Shown: piece by piece, positions 63,612-64,000 of the stretch | Layout: every line of letters starts with the position of its first letter | Position numbering within the stretch: the first letter of the stretch is position 1 | Origin: Carpediemonas membranifera BICM | Lineage: Eukaryota > Protista > Fornicata | NCBI GenBank assembly: GCA_019828565.1 | Contig: JAHDYR010000003.1 | Span: forward strand, 186,001-250,000 | Direction: 5' to 3' | Length of the DNA stretch: 64,000 bases | Notes under the pieces: generated by a model | Database searches by the model: none | What the model was told of the DNA's origin: nothing | Seen by the model: only the letters and a program-made list of their open reading frames with translations | Program-made: the position numbers and the translations under genes

Positions 63612-64000
63612 ATGGAAGACATGGACAGAACTTCTAGATTCACATTCAGCACGAACTTGCAGCGAACAACCTGGGAAGATTCTGTGAAAACTACAACTCG
63701 CCGTCTCGGAGCTGGTAACTTGCCTGCTATTGACCAGAATCTCATCGACACGGTCCTGAATGAGCTGGAGGGCAAAAGCGTCAATCGTAGCCTTACAGGT
63801 GCGCACAAGTATGCCATTTGGAGATATTCCACCAATGACTACTATGATATCAACCAACTGCTGAGATCTGACGCCGACATTGCTGCTTCGGAGTGGAACG
63901 CCATCATCCGCCACGCCAACCACGGTGTGAGAAATGTCACCTCTTCCGATCCGCACACCACCACTCTGTACCGGGGCCTCCAGATCGATCCGAACCTTGA
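63612..64000 (+). CDS. ADP-ribosyltransferase (R-S-E/VIP2/ecto-ART-like) domain protein, partial
   Basis: Open frame from ATG 63612 to the window edge, not in the ORF track: YAIWRYSTNDYYDINQLLR...TTLYRGL. Confidence 0.7.
   Translation, partial: MEDMDRTSRFTFSTNLQRTTWEDSVKTTTRRLGAGNLPAIDQNLIDTVLNELEGKSVNRSLTGAHKYAIWRYSTNDYYDINQLLRSDADIAASEWNAIIRHANHGVRNVTSSDPHTTTLYRGLQIDPNL

Overview
This is gene-dense, intron-poor, GC-rich eukaryotic DNA from a flagellated microbe. IFT, basal-body and dynein-assembly genes are present, and a free-living metamonad/fornicate is a plausible but unproven source. The first 12 kb is one uninterrupted minus-strand ORF, missing from the ORF track because it runs off the window. 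It encodes an RNF213/mysterin-like multi-AAA+ protein with a 399-aa intein inserted in a Walker A motif (GATGSGK|C...HN|T). Positions 18.2-26.6 kb hold two very compact chromodomain-bearing Ty3/Gypsy LTR retrotransposons, one nested in the other, each with identical LTRs and a TSD. At 58.4-59.7 kb a TnpB/Fanzor RuvC nuclease ORF is bracketed by sequences that look like Gypsy LTR ends and a polypurine tract in the antisense orientation. An internally deleted copy of its 3' end (candidate omega-RNA) sits at 26.6-26.8 kb and is joined to the same target sequence as the Gypsy element. The rest is housekeeping and ciliary genes (M20 hydrolase, SSNA1, MDC1-like, DNAAF6, PPP2R3C, eIF3c, MRG15, PMS2, BK channel, IFT57, IFT121), coiled-coil proteins, and a partial ADP-ribosyltransferase at the right edge. 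All calls come from manual reading and remembered family motifs; no searches were run.
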